Of a stretch of DNA of 64,000 nt, positions 56,165 through 64,000 are shown piece after piece. The DNA is from Spirochaetia bacterium (GTDB lineage: Bacteria > Spirochaetota > Spirochaetia > CAKZLE01), in assembly GCA_963677595.1 (NCBI GenBank), contig OY782041.1, forward strand, positions 1,440,001-1,504,000, given 5' to 3'. The translations under genes and the position numbers were made by a program. The notes under the pieces were generated by a model. That model searched no databases, was not told the origin of the DNA, and was given only the letters and a program-made list of their open reading frames with translations. Each line of letters opens with the position of its first letter. Position 1 is the first letter of the stretch.

Positions 56165-56479
56165 TCACTCCATGTAGAAGAGTTCCTCGAGCGGTATGGA
56201 GACCGGTGAGTTATCCTCATTGGTCTCCATGATATCAGCCATGTAGGCCCACCACTTCTGGACGATCTCGGTAGAGCCGAGATCCTGTGAGCCCCCCTCC
56301 CCCGCTGCCTTCTGGACAGCGAAGAGGGTGTCGGTCTCCTCATCGAGGAAGATGGAGTAGTCCCTGACCCCGCTGTCGGTAAGCAGCTGCTTCAGCTCGG
56401 GCCAGATCTCGTTATGTCGTTTCCTATACTCCTCCTTCATACCGGGGAGGAGCTTCATCTTGAACGCTTTCCGTATCAT
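56165..56479 (-). CDS. rhaM: L-rhamnose mutarotase
   Basis: Motifs EYRKRHNEIWPEL, DYSIFL, KWWAYMADIM and P.S..L.E.F. Confidence 0.93.
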   Translation of the reverse strand: MIRKAFKMKLLPGMKEEYRKRHNEIWPELKQLLTDSGVRDYSIFLDEETDTLFAVQKAAGEGGSQDLGSTEIVQKWWAYMADIMETNEDNSPVSIPLEELFYME

Positions 56480-57537
56480 GCTTCCACCATCCCTGACTCT
56501 CGCTGCTGTTTGCGCAGCTTCCTCCTTGCCTTGACGGTATCAAGGAACCCGGGGAGCAATACGGCAATGATCAAGAGCAGTCCGGTCGTGATGACCATGA
56601 CCTTGGCTGAGAGGTTGATCAGCCCCATGCCGAACTTCAGGTAGCCGAGCAGGAAGATAGCCATAAGGACACCGAAGAGGTTCCCCTTGCCCCCGGTGAT
56701 CGACACACCGCCGAGCACGACGAGGGTGATGACCTCCATGTCCCATCCGGTCGCGATGTTGGGCCTGGTAGAACCGATCCTCGAGGTCAGCAGCACTGCC
56801 GCGATCCCGCTGAAGAGTCCCATCAGGGCGAAGTTTATGAACCGTGCCCTGTTTACCTTCACACCTGCGAACCGTGCAGCTTCCTTCGCATTACCGATCG
56901 CGTAGAGCTTCCGGCCGTAGGTGGTCTTATGGAGTACGAAAGCCATGATCACCGCAAGGACGAGGAAGAGGACCAGTTCGAAGGGAATCAGGGTATCCCC
57001 GATATAGCCCTGGCCGAAGTAGGCGAAGCTCTCGGGATACTTGGTATAGGCCTGGTCTCCCAGGATCGCCTGTGAGATCCCCCGGAAGATCGACTGGGTC
57101 GCGAGGGTGACGGCTATCGCCGGCATATGGAACCGGGTAACGAAGAAGCCGTTGAACATCCCGGCAGCAAGACCGACGAGCACCCCGATCAGGATGATAG
57201 CGAACGCCCCTGCACCCATGCTTGAGGCATAGCCCATCGAGAATGAGCATAAGGCTATGATCGAGGCGATCGATATGTCAATATCACCGGACATGATGAT
57301 GAAGATCATCGGCAGTGCCATGATGGCCTTCTCCATGAAGGTGAACGTCGAGTTCATCAGGTTGAAATAGTCGAGGAAATAGGGTGAGAGGTTCGAGAAC
57401 AACAGGAACTCGAACACGATCAGGAGGGCAAGGATGACCTCCCACTTGGTGAAGATCGTGATGAGCCGCTCCTTGAGGCTGCTCTCGTCTACCAGCCTGG
57501 AACCACTTACCAGGTCACGTTTAGTTTCAGCTGACAT
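56476..57537 (-). CDS. rhaQ: Rhamnose ABC transporter permease
   Basis: CUT2 permease motifs DIDIS, LGDQAY and VVLGGVSITGG; within the rhaSTPQ-M arrangement. Confidence 0.85.
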   Translation of the reverse strand: MSAETKRDLVSGSRLVDESSLKERLITIFTKWEVILALLIVFEFLLFSNLSPYFLDYFNLMNSTFTFMEKAIMALPMIFIIMSGDIDISIASIIALCSFSMGYASSMGAGAFAIILIGVLVGLAAGMFNGFFVTRFHMPAIAVTLATQSIFRGISQAILGDQAYTKYPESFAYFGQGYIGDTLIPFELVLFLVLAVIMAFVLHKTTYGRKLYAIGNAKEAARFAGVKVNRARFINFALMGLFSGIAAVLLTSRIGSTRPNIATGWDMEVITLVVLGGVSITGGKGNLFGVLMAIFLLGYLKFGMGLINLSAKVMVITTGLLLIIAVLLPGFLDTVKARRKLRKQQRESGMVEA

Positions 57538-58529
57538 TATTTCTGCCTCCCTTTCAGGAGCTCCTGCTCCCTTCTCTTCTCAGACAGGGTATTGATCAGC
57601 ATGGCGATCAGCACGATAGCTCCCTGGATGAACATCTGCAGGAACGGTGACAGGTTGATCACCGGCAATGCATTGTTGATGATCCCGAGGAACAGCGCCC
57701 CCAGGATGACTCCCGGGACCGCACCGGATCCCCCTGCGATGCTGACTCCGCCGATGACGCATGCTGCGACCGTCTGGAGCTCGAAGCCTGTTGCCGTCTC
57801 ATTGACCGCAGCCGCGAAGCGCGAGGTCCACATAACGCCGCCGATACCGGCCAAAAGCCCGCTCATGGCGAAGATCAGCATATTGATCTTCTTCTCGTTG
57901 ACCCCGACGAACTTCGCCGCGACCTTGTTGCCGCCGATGGCGAAGATCTCGCGGCCGCTCTTGGTATACCTGCTGAAGTAATACATGATCGCCGATACGA
58001 TCACGCCCCACCAGATCAGGTTACTGATCCCGAGGAAGTTGCCGTGAGGCAGGTTCATATATGATTCCGTCATCTCATGGGCAGTTACCCACTGGCCTTT
58101 ACTGATGACGAAGGTCATACCGCGGTAGATACTCATGGTTCCCAGGGTTGTGATGATCGGGGGAACTTTCCCGTAGGCGACAGCCACCCCGTTGAGCAGT
58201 CCCAGGACAAGGCCGATAGCCATGCCGATGAGGAGGATGAATACGGCAGGGACACCAGGATGGTACTGGTTCACCATGGAAGCCGCCATCCCGGAGAGCC
58301 CGATCACCGACCCGACTGACAGGTCGATCCCGCCGGTCAGGATGACGAAGAACTGGCCGATCGAGACCATGATCAGGATCGAAGTATCATTGATGATCCT
58401 CTCGATGTTCTTGACCGAGGAGAACCCCGGGGCCCGGAGCGTCACGACGATCATGAGCAGGAGGATCAGGATGATCAGGCTGGCATCACGTCGCTGCGTC
58501 ACCTTCTTTACGGTTGCTGAGAGATTCAT
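57537..58529 (-). CDS. rhaP: Rhamnose ABC transporter permease
   Basis: Motifs GGIDLSVGS, GQWVTAHEM and AACVIGGVSIAGG. Confidence 0.85.
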   Translation of the reverse strand: MNLSATVKKVTQRRDASLIILILLLMIVVTLRAPGFSSVKNIERIINDTSILIMVSIGQFFVILTGGIDLSVGSVIGLSGMAASMVNQYHPGVPAVFILLIGMAIGLVLGLLNGVAVAYGKVPPIITTLGTMSIYRGMTFVISKGQWVTAHEMTESYMNLPHGNFLGISNLIWWGVIVSAIMYYFSRYTKSGREIFAIGGNKVAAKFVGVNEKKINMLIFAMSGLLAGIGGVMWTSRFAAAVNETATGFELQTVAACVIGGVSIAGGSGAVPGVILGALFLGIINNALPVINLSPFLQMFIQGAIVLIAMLINTLSEKRREQELLKGRQK

Positions 58530-60037
58530 GCTGCACCTCCGTTCTCTGTATGGCCGGTAGCCGCCTTGATGATATTGTCCGAGTTGGCCTCTTCCCGTGT
58601 GAACTCACCGGTCATCTCGCCCTCGTGCATGACGAGGATCCTGTCTGCCATCCCGAGCACTTCGGGCAGCTCCGAGGAGATGAGGATGACTGCCAGTCCC
58701 CTGGATGCCATATCGGAGATGAACTCATGGACCGCGGCCTTGGTAGCCACGTCGATACCCTTCGTCGGTTCATCGAGGATGAGGATCTTCGGTTCGGTCG
58801 CCAGCCACTTGGCCAGGACGACCTTCTGCTGGTTACCTCCGGAGAGGGTATCAGCATCGACATGCCAACCGGCTGCCCTGATCTCCATCTTCTCCCCGTA
58901 GGTCTTCGTGAGCTCTGCTTCCTTCTTCCGGTTGATCACGCCGAACTTCGAGAGCTTGTCGATCTGCGGGAGCGTGATGTTCTTGGAGATCGACATCTCG
59001 AGGATGACCCCCTGGGTCTGCCGGTCTTCCGGCACGAACGCGATTCCCTGCTGCATGGCAACCGTCGGGTCCGATATATGGATCTCCTTACCGTAGAGGC
59101 TGATAGTCCCCTCGGACTTCTTGTCTATCCCGAAGATCGTCCGCATGATCTCACTGCGTCCCGCACCGATGAGGCCGAAGAACCCGAGGATCTCGCCCTC
59201 ATGCAGGTCGAATGAGACATCGGAGAAGTACCCGGTCTGTGAGAGGTTCTTCACCGAGAGGAGGGCCTTGCCGATCTCGACCTCGCTCTTGGGGTACATC
59301 TGGTCAAGGGACCGTCCGACCATCATGGTCACGATATCATTGACGGTGGACTCCTTCACGCTCCCTTCCCCGATGTACTTCCCGTCACGCAGGACGGTGA
59401 AATAATCGCAGATCTCGAAGATCTCCTCGAACTTGTGGGAGATGAAGATGATGGCCTTACCGTCATCCTTGAGCCTTCTCACGATCTTGTAGAGGTCCTC
59501 GACCTCCCTGAGGGACAGGGCAGAGGTCGGCTCGTCCATGATGACCACCTGGGCGTTGAGGGAGAGCGCCTTTGCGATCTCGACCATGTGCCGCTGTGCG
59601 ACGCTCAGGTTCTTCACCAGTTTGTTACAATCTATATCGAGCTCAAGCTCATCGAGCAGGGCTTGGGTCTCGCGCTGCATGGCTTTCCAATCTATCCGTT
59701 TTGACTTGCCTTTGGTGATGTGGTGTCCCATGAAGATGTTCTCAGTCACTGAGAGCTCCGGGAACATGGAGGCTTCCTGGTGGATCGCCGCGATCCCGGC
59801 CTCCTGGGCATCGAGGGCATTCTTGAATGAGAGATTTTCCCCTTTGTAGCGGACTTCGCCGGCTGTAGGGAAATAGACGCCGGTCAGGATCTTGACCAGT
59901 GTTGACTTCCCTGCACCATTCTCTCCGATCAATGCATGCACTTCCCCGGTCCGGACGGTCATGTGGACACCGTCAAGGGCCTTGATCCCGGGAAAGTACT
60001 TCGTGAGGTTCTTCACCTCTAAAATTGTCTCTGACAC
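58526..60037 (-). CDS. rhaT: Rhamnose ABC transporter ATP-binding protein
   Basis: Tandem ABC domains: GENGAGKST, MDEPT and LSGGNQQK. Confidence 0.9.
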   Translation of the reverse strand: MSETILEVKNLTKYFPGIKALDGVHMTVRTGEVHALIGENGAGKSTLVKILTGVYFPTAGEVRYKGENLSFKNALDAQEAGIAAIHQEASMFPELSVTENIFMGHHITKGKSKRIDWKAMQRETQALLDELELDIDCNKLVKNLSVAQRHMVEIAKALSLNAQVVIMDEPTSALSLREVEDLYKIVRRLKDDGKAIIFISHKFEEIFEICDYFTVLRDGKYIGEGSVKESTVNDIVTMMVGRSLDQMYPKSEVEIGKALLSVKNLSQTGYFSDVSFDLHEGEILGFFGLIGAGRSEIMRTIFGIDKKSEGTISLYGKEIHISDPTVAMQQGIAFVPEDRQTQGVILEMSISKNITLPQIDKLSKFGVINRKKEAELTKTYGEKMEIRAAGWHVDADTLSGGNQQKVVLAKWLATEPKILILDEPTKGIDVATKAAVHEFISDMASRGLAVILISSELPEVLGMADRILVMHEGEMTGEFTREEANSDNIIKAATGHTENGGAA

Positions 60038-60084
60038 ACTGAACTCCTTGTACGTTGGAGGATGTCCTTGTCGAACATGGTTAA

Positions 60085-60116
60085 AAAAAGCAGGCCCGTC
60101 AAAAGACCTGCTTTTA
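60085..60116 (-). terminator. Intercistronic hairpin after rhaS
   Basis: AAAAGCAGG / CCTGCTTTT stem with a U-tract on the minus strand. Confidence 0.6.
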
Positions 60117-60132
60117 TCCTTTATTCGGTTAC

Positions 60133-61149
60133 CTAGAAGATCGCTGCGTACTTGGCGATGTTCTCAGCATTGAAAACGAACGGTGTGCCCATGATCGACA
60201 TCCCGTCTTCGCCGATAGTGACTGTTCCCATTCGACCTGCATCGATCACGTCGCCGGTGTTACCTTCGACTGCGCCAGTTGCAAGTGCATAGAGGATGTA
60301 GGTTGAGGTGTATCCGAGGTCAACCGGGTTCCAGAGAGCCATCTGTCGGCAGGTGCCGTTCTCGATGTACTGCTTCATCTCTGAGGGGAGTCCAAGACCG
60401 GTAAGCTCTACCTGGCCCTTCTTGCCTTCATCTTCGATAGCTTTTGCTGAAGCGAGGATACCGATGGTGGTCGGTGAGATGATACCTGCGAGGTTCGGGT
60501 ATTTCTCCATGAGACCAACAGCCTCTCGGTAGCTCTTGTCAGAAGCATCGTCACCGTAGACGACCTCTACGAGCTCCATATCGCTGTATTCAGGTTTCTT
60601 GATCTCTTCGTACATCCACTTGATCCATGCGTTCTGGTTGGTTGCCTGCGAGGTTGCGGAAACGACTGCTACCTGGCCCTTGTAATCACAGAGTTCTGCG
60701 ATCAGCTGGATCTGCTGTCGGCCGATGAGTTCCTCATCTGACGGTGCAAGGTCCACGATCCGTCCGCCTGAAGCGATACCTGAGTCGAATGAGATTACCG
60801 GGATACCGGCTTTCATGGCTTTCTTGGTAACGGGGATCAGAGCGTCCCTGTCGTTAGCGGAGATGGCGATACCGTCGACCTTCTGGGCGATCAGGGTCTC
60901 GATGATCTCGATCTGTCCCTCTGCGGTTGATGATGAAGGTCCCTGGTAGATGGACTCTACATTACCGAGCTCACCAGCAGCTTCCTGGCCGCCGTCAGCA
61001 ACAGCTTCGAAGAACCCGTTCCCGAGACTCTTCACGAGGAGGACCAGCTTCAGGGGTTCATCTGCTTTTGCAGCTTCCTGGGTTCCTGCAGCAAAGACTG
61101 TGCCGGAAACAAGTACCAATACGATCAACAATGATAACAGTTTTTTCAT
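60133..61149 (-). CDS. rhaS: Rhamnose ABC transporter substrate-binding protein
   Basis: Motifs VKSLGNGFF, SATSQATNQNAWI, YGDD, TGLGLPSEM and LWNPVDLGY. Confidence 0.88.
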   Translation of the reverse strand: MKKLLSLLIVLVLVSGTVFAAGTQEAAKADEPLKLVLLVKSLGNGFFEAVADGGQEAAGELGNVESIYQGPSSSTAEGQIEIIETLIAQKVDGIAISANDRDALIPVTKKAMKAGIPVISFDSGIASGGRIVDLAPSDEELIGRQQIQLIAELCDYKGQVAVVSATSQATNQNAWIKWMYEEIKKPEYSDMELVEVVYGDDASDKSYREAVGLMEKYPNLAGIISPTTIGILASAKAIEDEGKKGQVELTGLGLPSEMKQYIENGTCRQMALWNPVDLGYTSTYILYALATGAVEGNTGDVIDAGRMGTVTIGEDGMSIMGTPFVFNAENIAKYAAIF

Positions 61150-61177
61150 AAAACTCTCCTTTTTGTTTGGTGTTTCA

Positions 61178-61241
61178 ATTGTAGCACCGCTCGTTTGGCA
61201 ACTGTTAGGATCATTTTCTCTGGTAATGGGGTCAATTTCTC
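61178..61241 (-). promoter_or_regulatory. Activator-dependent rhaS promoter with tandem direct repeats
   Basis: TG-n-TACAAT -10 box with no clear -35; repeats GGATCATTTTCTC (61208) and GGGTCAATTTCTC (61229), 21 bp apart. Confidence 0.55.
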
Positions 61242-61245
61242 AGGT

Positions 61246-62682
61246 TCACAGTGTTTGGAGGTATTCCGTGGGGCTCAACCCTACCTGCTGCTTGAAGACT
61301 TTGGAGAAATGCTTGCTGCTGCTGTACCCGATGAGGGAGGCGATCTCCTTGACTGAGTACATCCGCAGGCTGAGCAGTTCCCTCGCCTTCTCGAGTCGCA
61401 GTGCCGTGATGTACTGGGTGAAGGTCTGCCCGAGCTCCCGGTGGAACTCATAGGAGAGATAGTTGGGAGTGACCGAGAGCTGGTCGGCAATCTGGGAGAG
61501 GCCGATCTCCTCCGAATACTGCTCATCGATCAGGACGAGCGCACGATTCACGATCCTGTTCCTGAGTATCGGGTCCCCGCTCTCTGCCGGTGAACTTCCC
61601 AGCTCTTCAAGCAGCTGAGAGAACCCGTCGACGGTATCGGGGAACTCCCTGCCGGTCAGGCTCGTCATGTGCTCCGCGATGAAGCTGCCGGACAGGATCT
61701 TCCCGAACCCGGGGGAGTCCTCCCGTACCAGGCTGAGCATCCTGGTGAGATCCGGCTCATCACTTCGCATGCAGTCCATGAGCCGCCTCATCATCTCGCT
61801 GCCGGTATGCATCCGGGCAAGGTAGGACTGTACTTCAGCATCGGTGAGGGTGGTGAAGGGGGGGAATCCCAGCAGGCCTGTCGGATGCCTGCTGAAGCTG
61901 ATCAGGTTCGCGATACAGACAGAGAGGGAGTCATATGACCCGGTCAGCTGGTACCGTATATAGGTGTCAGGCTCCAGTTCGACCAGGCTGCGGTATTTCT
62001 CGACATCCCGCTTGAGGTTCTCCTCGGTAGATGCCTGGTACATCAGGACCAGCGCCCCATCGTCCATCGCAGCGGTCGAGATGACGCAGTCGATGACCTC
62101 CGGACCGTCAGAGAGTTCGTGCAGCATGGTTACCAGCCTCCGGTGCCTGGCGAACTCCTGCTCGCTCCCGGGATGGCGTGGCGGCATGAGCAGTTCCCCG
62201 GAATAGTACCATCCCTGCTGCTCCTTATCCTCGGAGAGCGTATTGTAGAGGATCCCGGTGAGCCAGTGCTCGAGCCGTTCCCTCCTGGCAGCCTTCTCCT
62301 CCATGATGAGCCCTGAGGTCCTGGAGAGGGCCTCAAGGAGGTCATCCTTGGATGCAGGTTTCAGCAGGTAGTCGGATGCCCCGAGATTGACTGCCCTCTT
62401 AGCATAATCGAACTCGGCATAGCCGGTCAGGATGACCCATGAGGTGCCGGGACTGATCTGCCGCCCCAGCTCGATGGCATCGAGCCCGTCTACCTTCGGC
62501 ATCCGTATATCGACGAAGACGATATGGGGACGCACCGATTCCACCAGTTCGAGCAGCTCCTCGCCGTCAGAGGCCTGCTCTATGGAAGAGAACCGGTATT
62601 CGCTCTCCGCCTCGATCTCCCGCAGCATGTCTAGGATGCTGAAGCGGACGAGGTACTCGTCGTCAGCTATGATGCATCTCAT
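61246..62682 (-). CDS. Response regulator with AraC-type output domain (YesN-like)
   Basis: Motifs IADDE, DIRMP, TGY and YLLKP; C-terminal AraC HTH. Confidence 0.92.
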   Translation of the reverse strand: MRCIIADDEYLVRFSILDMLREIEAESEYRFSSIEQASDGEELLELVESVRPHIVFVDIRMPKVDGLDAIELGRQISPGTSWVILTGYAEFDYAKRAVNLGASDYLLKPASKDDLLEALSRTSGLIMEEKAARRERLEHWLTGILYNTLSEDKEQQGWYYSGELLMPPRHPGSEQEFARHRRLVTMLHELSDGPEVIDCVISTAAMDDGALVLMYQASTEENLKRDVEKYRSLVELEPDTYIRYQLTGSYDSLSVCIANLISFSRHPTGLLGFPPFTTLTDAEVQSYLARMHTGSEMMRRLMDCMRSDEPDLTRMLSLVREDSPGFGKILSGSFIAEHMTSLTGREFPDTVDGFSQLLEELGSSPAESGDPILRNRIVNRALVLIDEQYSEEIGLSQIADQLSVTPNYLSYEFHRELGQTFTQYITALRLEKARELLSLRMYSVKEIASLIGYSSSKHFSKVFKQQVGLSPTEYLQTL

Positions 62683-64000
62683 GGAAGGTCATCCTTATCT
62701 CGGTCCCGCTCCCGGGACTACTCTTTATATTGAACGCCGAATTGGTGAAGGCGTACTTGAACCGCTTCCTGGCATTCCCTATCCCGATGTGCTCCCGCTC
62801 CTCGAGCGTGTCCATCGAGAAACCGACCCCGTTATCACGTACCACGATCGTGATCATCCTCTGGTCCTCTTCCATCGTGAGGAATCCCTCGACCTCCAGC
62901 TCCCCTGTCCGGTCCTGCAGGGGTTCGATCCCATGGAGGATCGCGTTCTCCGCCAGCGGCTGCAGCAGAAGCCGCGGGATCCGTATACCGGAGAGCTCCC
63001 CCTCGAGGCTGATCCGGTAATCCAGGCGTTCCCCGAACCGCAGCCGCTGGAGCTCACAGTAGTTCTCGATGAAGGAGAACTCCTCGGCAAGGGTCGTATC
63101 CCGCCTCGAGTCCTGCGTATAGCGGAGCATGTTCTTCAGGTGCATGATCGACTTCTCAAGCCCCGACTTGTCGCCGAGGCGGTTCAGCCCGATGAACCCG
63201 TTGAGAATGTTGTAGATGAAGTGGGGCTGGACCTGCGACTGGAGCGCCTGGTACTCAGCCTCCCCCTTGCTGATCAGGTCGAGGTACTTGATGTGGTTGT
63301 CCATCATGAGGGAGGCGAACTGGGCAAAGGTCGACAGTCGTACGATACCGAGGTCGGTGAAGGGTGCCGACGGTTTGTGGATGGCAACCGTCAGGGTCCC
63401 GACGGTCCTCTTGTCGATGAACAGCGGCTGGATCATCAGGGAAGCAAGGTCGGGGGAAAGCTCCCTCAGAGCCGATCCCGAAAGCAGCTCAGGCCTCCCT
63501 GATTCCAGCACAGCCTCCAGCAATGGGGCCAGCGGCTCAGCCGGCAGGTCGACCTCCACACCCCTGCTGCTGTTTAGCTTCAACTTCGTCCGGTCAAAGC
63601 TGTCCGGGTCCGTGCCGATGAAGTGGAGGAGCGCCAGGTCCCCCTGGGTACGGTCTATGACCGTATCCACGATGATATCCATCATCTCCCCGAGGTCTGT
63701 CTCGTTCGAGATGGAGGTACCCACCGACTGGGAGAGTCCGAGGATGGTGTCGACATTCCCCTTGAGATCGAGCGAGAGGGAGTTGAACTGGGTTGCGAGC
63801 TCCCCGAACTCATCCCCCTCGGGGATGAGCATCTTCGCGGAGAAGTCCCCTTTCGAGACTCGCTCGAAGGAGGTCCTCACCTTCCCGATCTTCCTGATGA
63901 TATCACGGGAGAAGATCATGGAGACCGTGATGCCCAGGGCCGTGATCAGGACCGTGAGGATCCCGTAGATCACGAAGAGCTGCCGCTCCAGCTGCTGCCC
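62663..64000 (-). CDS. Sensor histidine kinase (YesM/LytS-like, HAMP plus GAF-like domain), 5' truncated
   Basis: HAMP DEFGEL; motifs LQSQVQPHFIYNILN, LQPLAENAILHG and DNGVG. Confidence 0.92.
   Translation of the reverse strand, partial: GQQLERQLFVIYGILTVLITALGITVSMIFSRDIIRKIGKVRTSFERVSKGDFSAKMLIPEGDEFGELATQFNSLSLDLKGNVDTILGLSQSVGTSISNETDLGEMMDIIVDTVIDRTQGDLALLHFIGTDPDSFDRTKLKLNSSRGVEVDLPAEPLAPLLEAVLESGRPELLSGSALRELSPDLASLMIQPLFIDKRTVGTLTVAIHKPSAPFTDLGIVRLSTFAQFASLMMDNHIKYLDLISKGEAEYQALQSQVQPHFIYNILNGFIGLNRLGDKSGLEKSIMHLKNMLRYTQDSRRDTTLAEEFSFIENYCELQRLRFGERLDYRISLEGELSGIRIPRLLLQPLAENAILHGIEPLQDRTGELEVEGFLTMEEDQRMITIVVRDNGVGFSMDTLEEREHIGIGNARKRFKYAFTNSAFNIKSSPGSGTEIRMTFHEMHHS

Noticed and set aside
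1-64000. CRISPR arrays, tRNA/rRNA genes, prophage, integrase or transposase genes
   Set aside because: No regularly spaced repeats, cloverleaf signatures or matching ORFs were seen, and intergenic gaps are short

Overview
A 64-kb chromosomal window of a GC-rich bacterium. The solute-binding-protein signal peptides (…A-x-G-x-x-E) and gene content suggest a free-living Sphaerochaeta-like spirochaete; this is inference. The window is dominated by carbohydrate and organosulfur catabolism. The centrepiece (about 12.7-32.1 kb) is a sulfoquinovose (SQ) catabolic locus of the sulfoglycolytic transketolase type ending in sulfoacetate. It encodes a GH31 sulfoquinovosidase, a fucose-isomerase-family SQ isomerase, a DUF4867 protein, a split transketolase, an RpiB-type isomerase, a CoA-acylating aldehyde dehydrogenase, an ADP-forming acyl-CoA ligase, a DASS transporter, a sugar ABC transporter and a ROK repressor. 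Four copies of a TTACTTAC-N5-GTAAGTAA palindrome sit at its promoters. Embedded in it is a separately promoted NagB-like / amidohydrolase / Gfo-Idh-MocA module with a structured 5' leader. Other content: htpG and leuS; a LysR-controlled sulfatase/TctABC/YgjV unit; a CNNM gene preceded by a leaderless Pro-rich uORF; a Fic gene; an isomerase-PfkB-polyol-phosphate dehydrogenase operon; an AT-richer LacI-regulated DegT-aminotransferase/ABC island; and a two-component-controlled rhamnose ABC operon with a URO-D-family gene. No rRNA, tRNA, CRISPR array or intact transposase was seen. All product calls come from reading motifs by eye; no database search was run.
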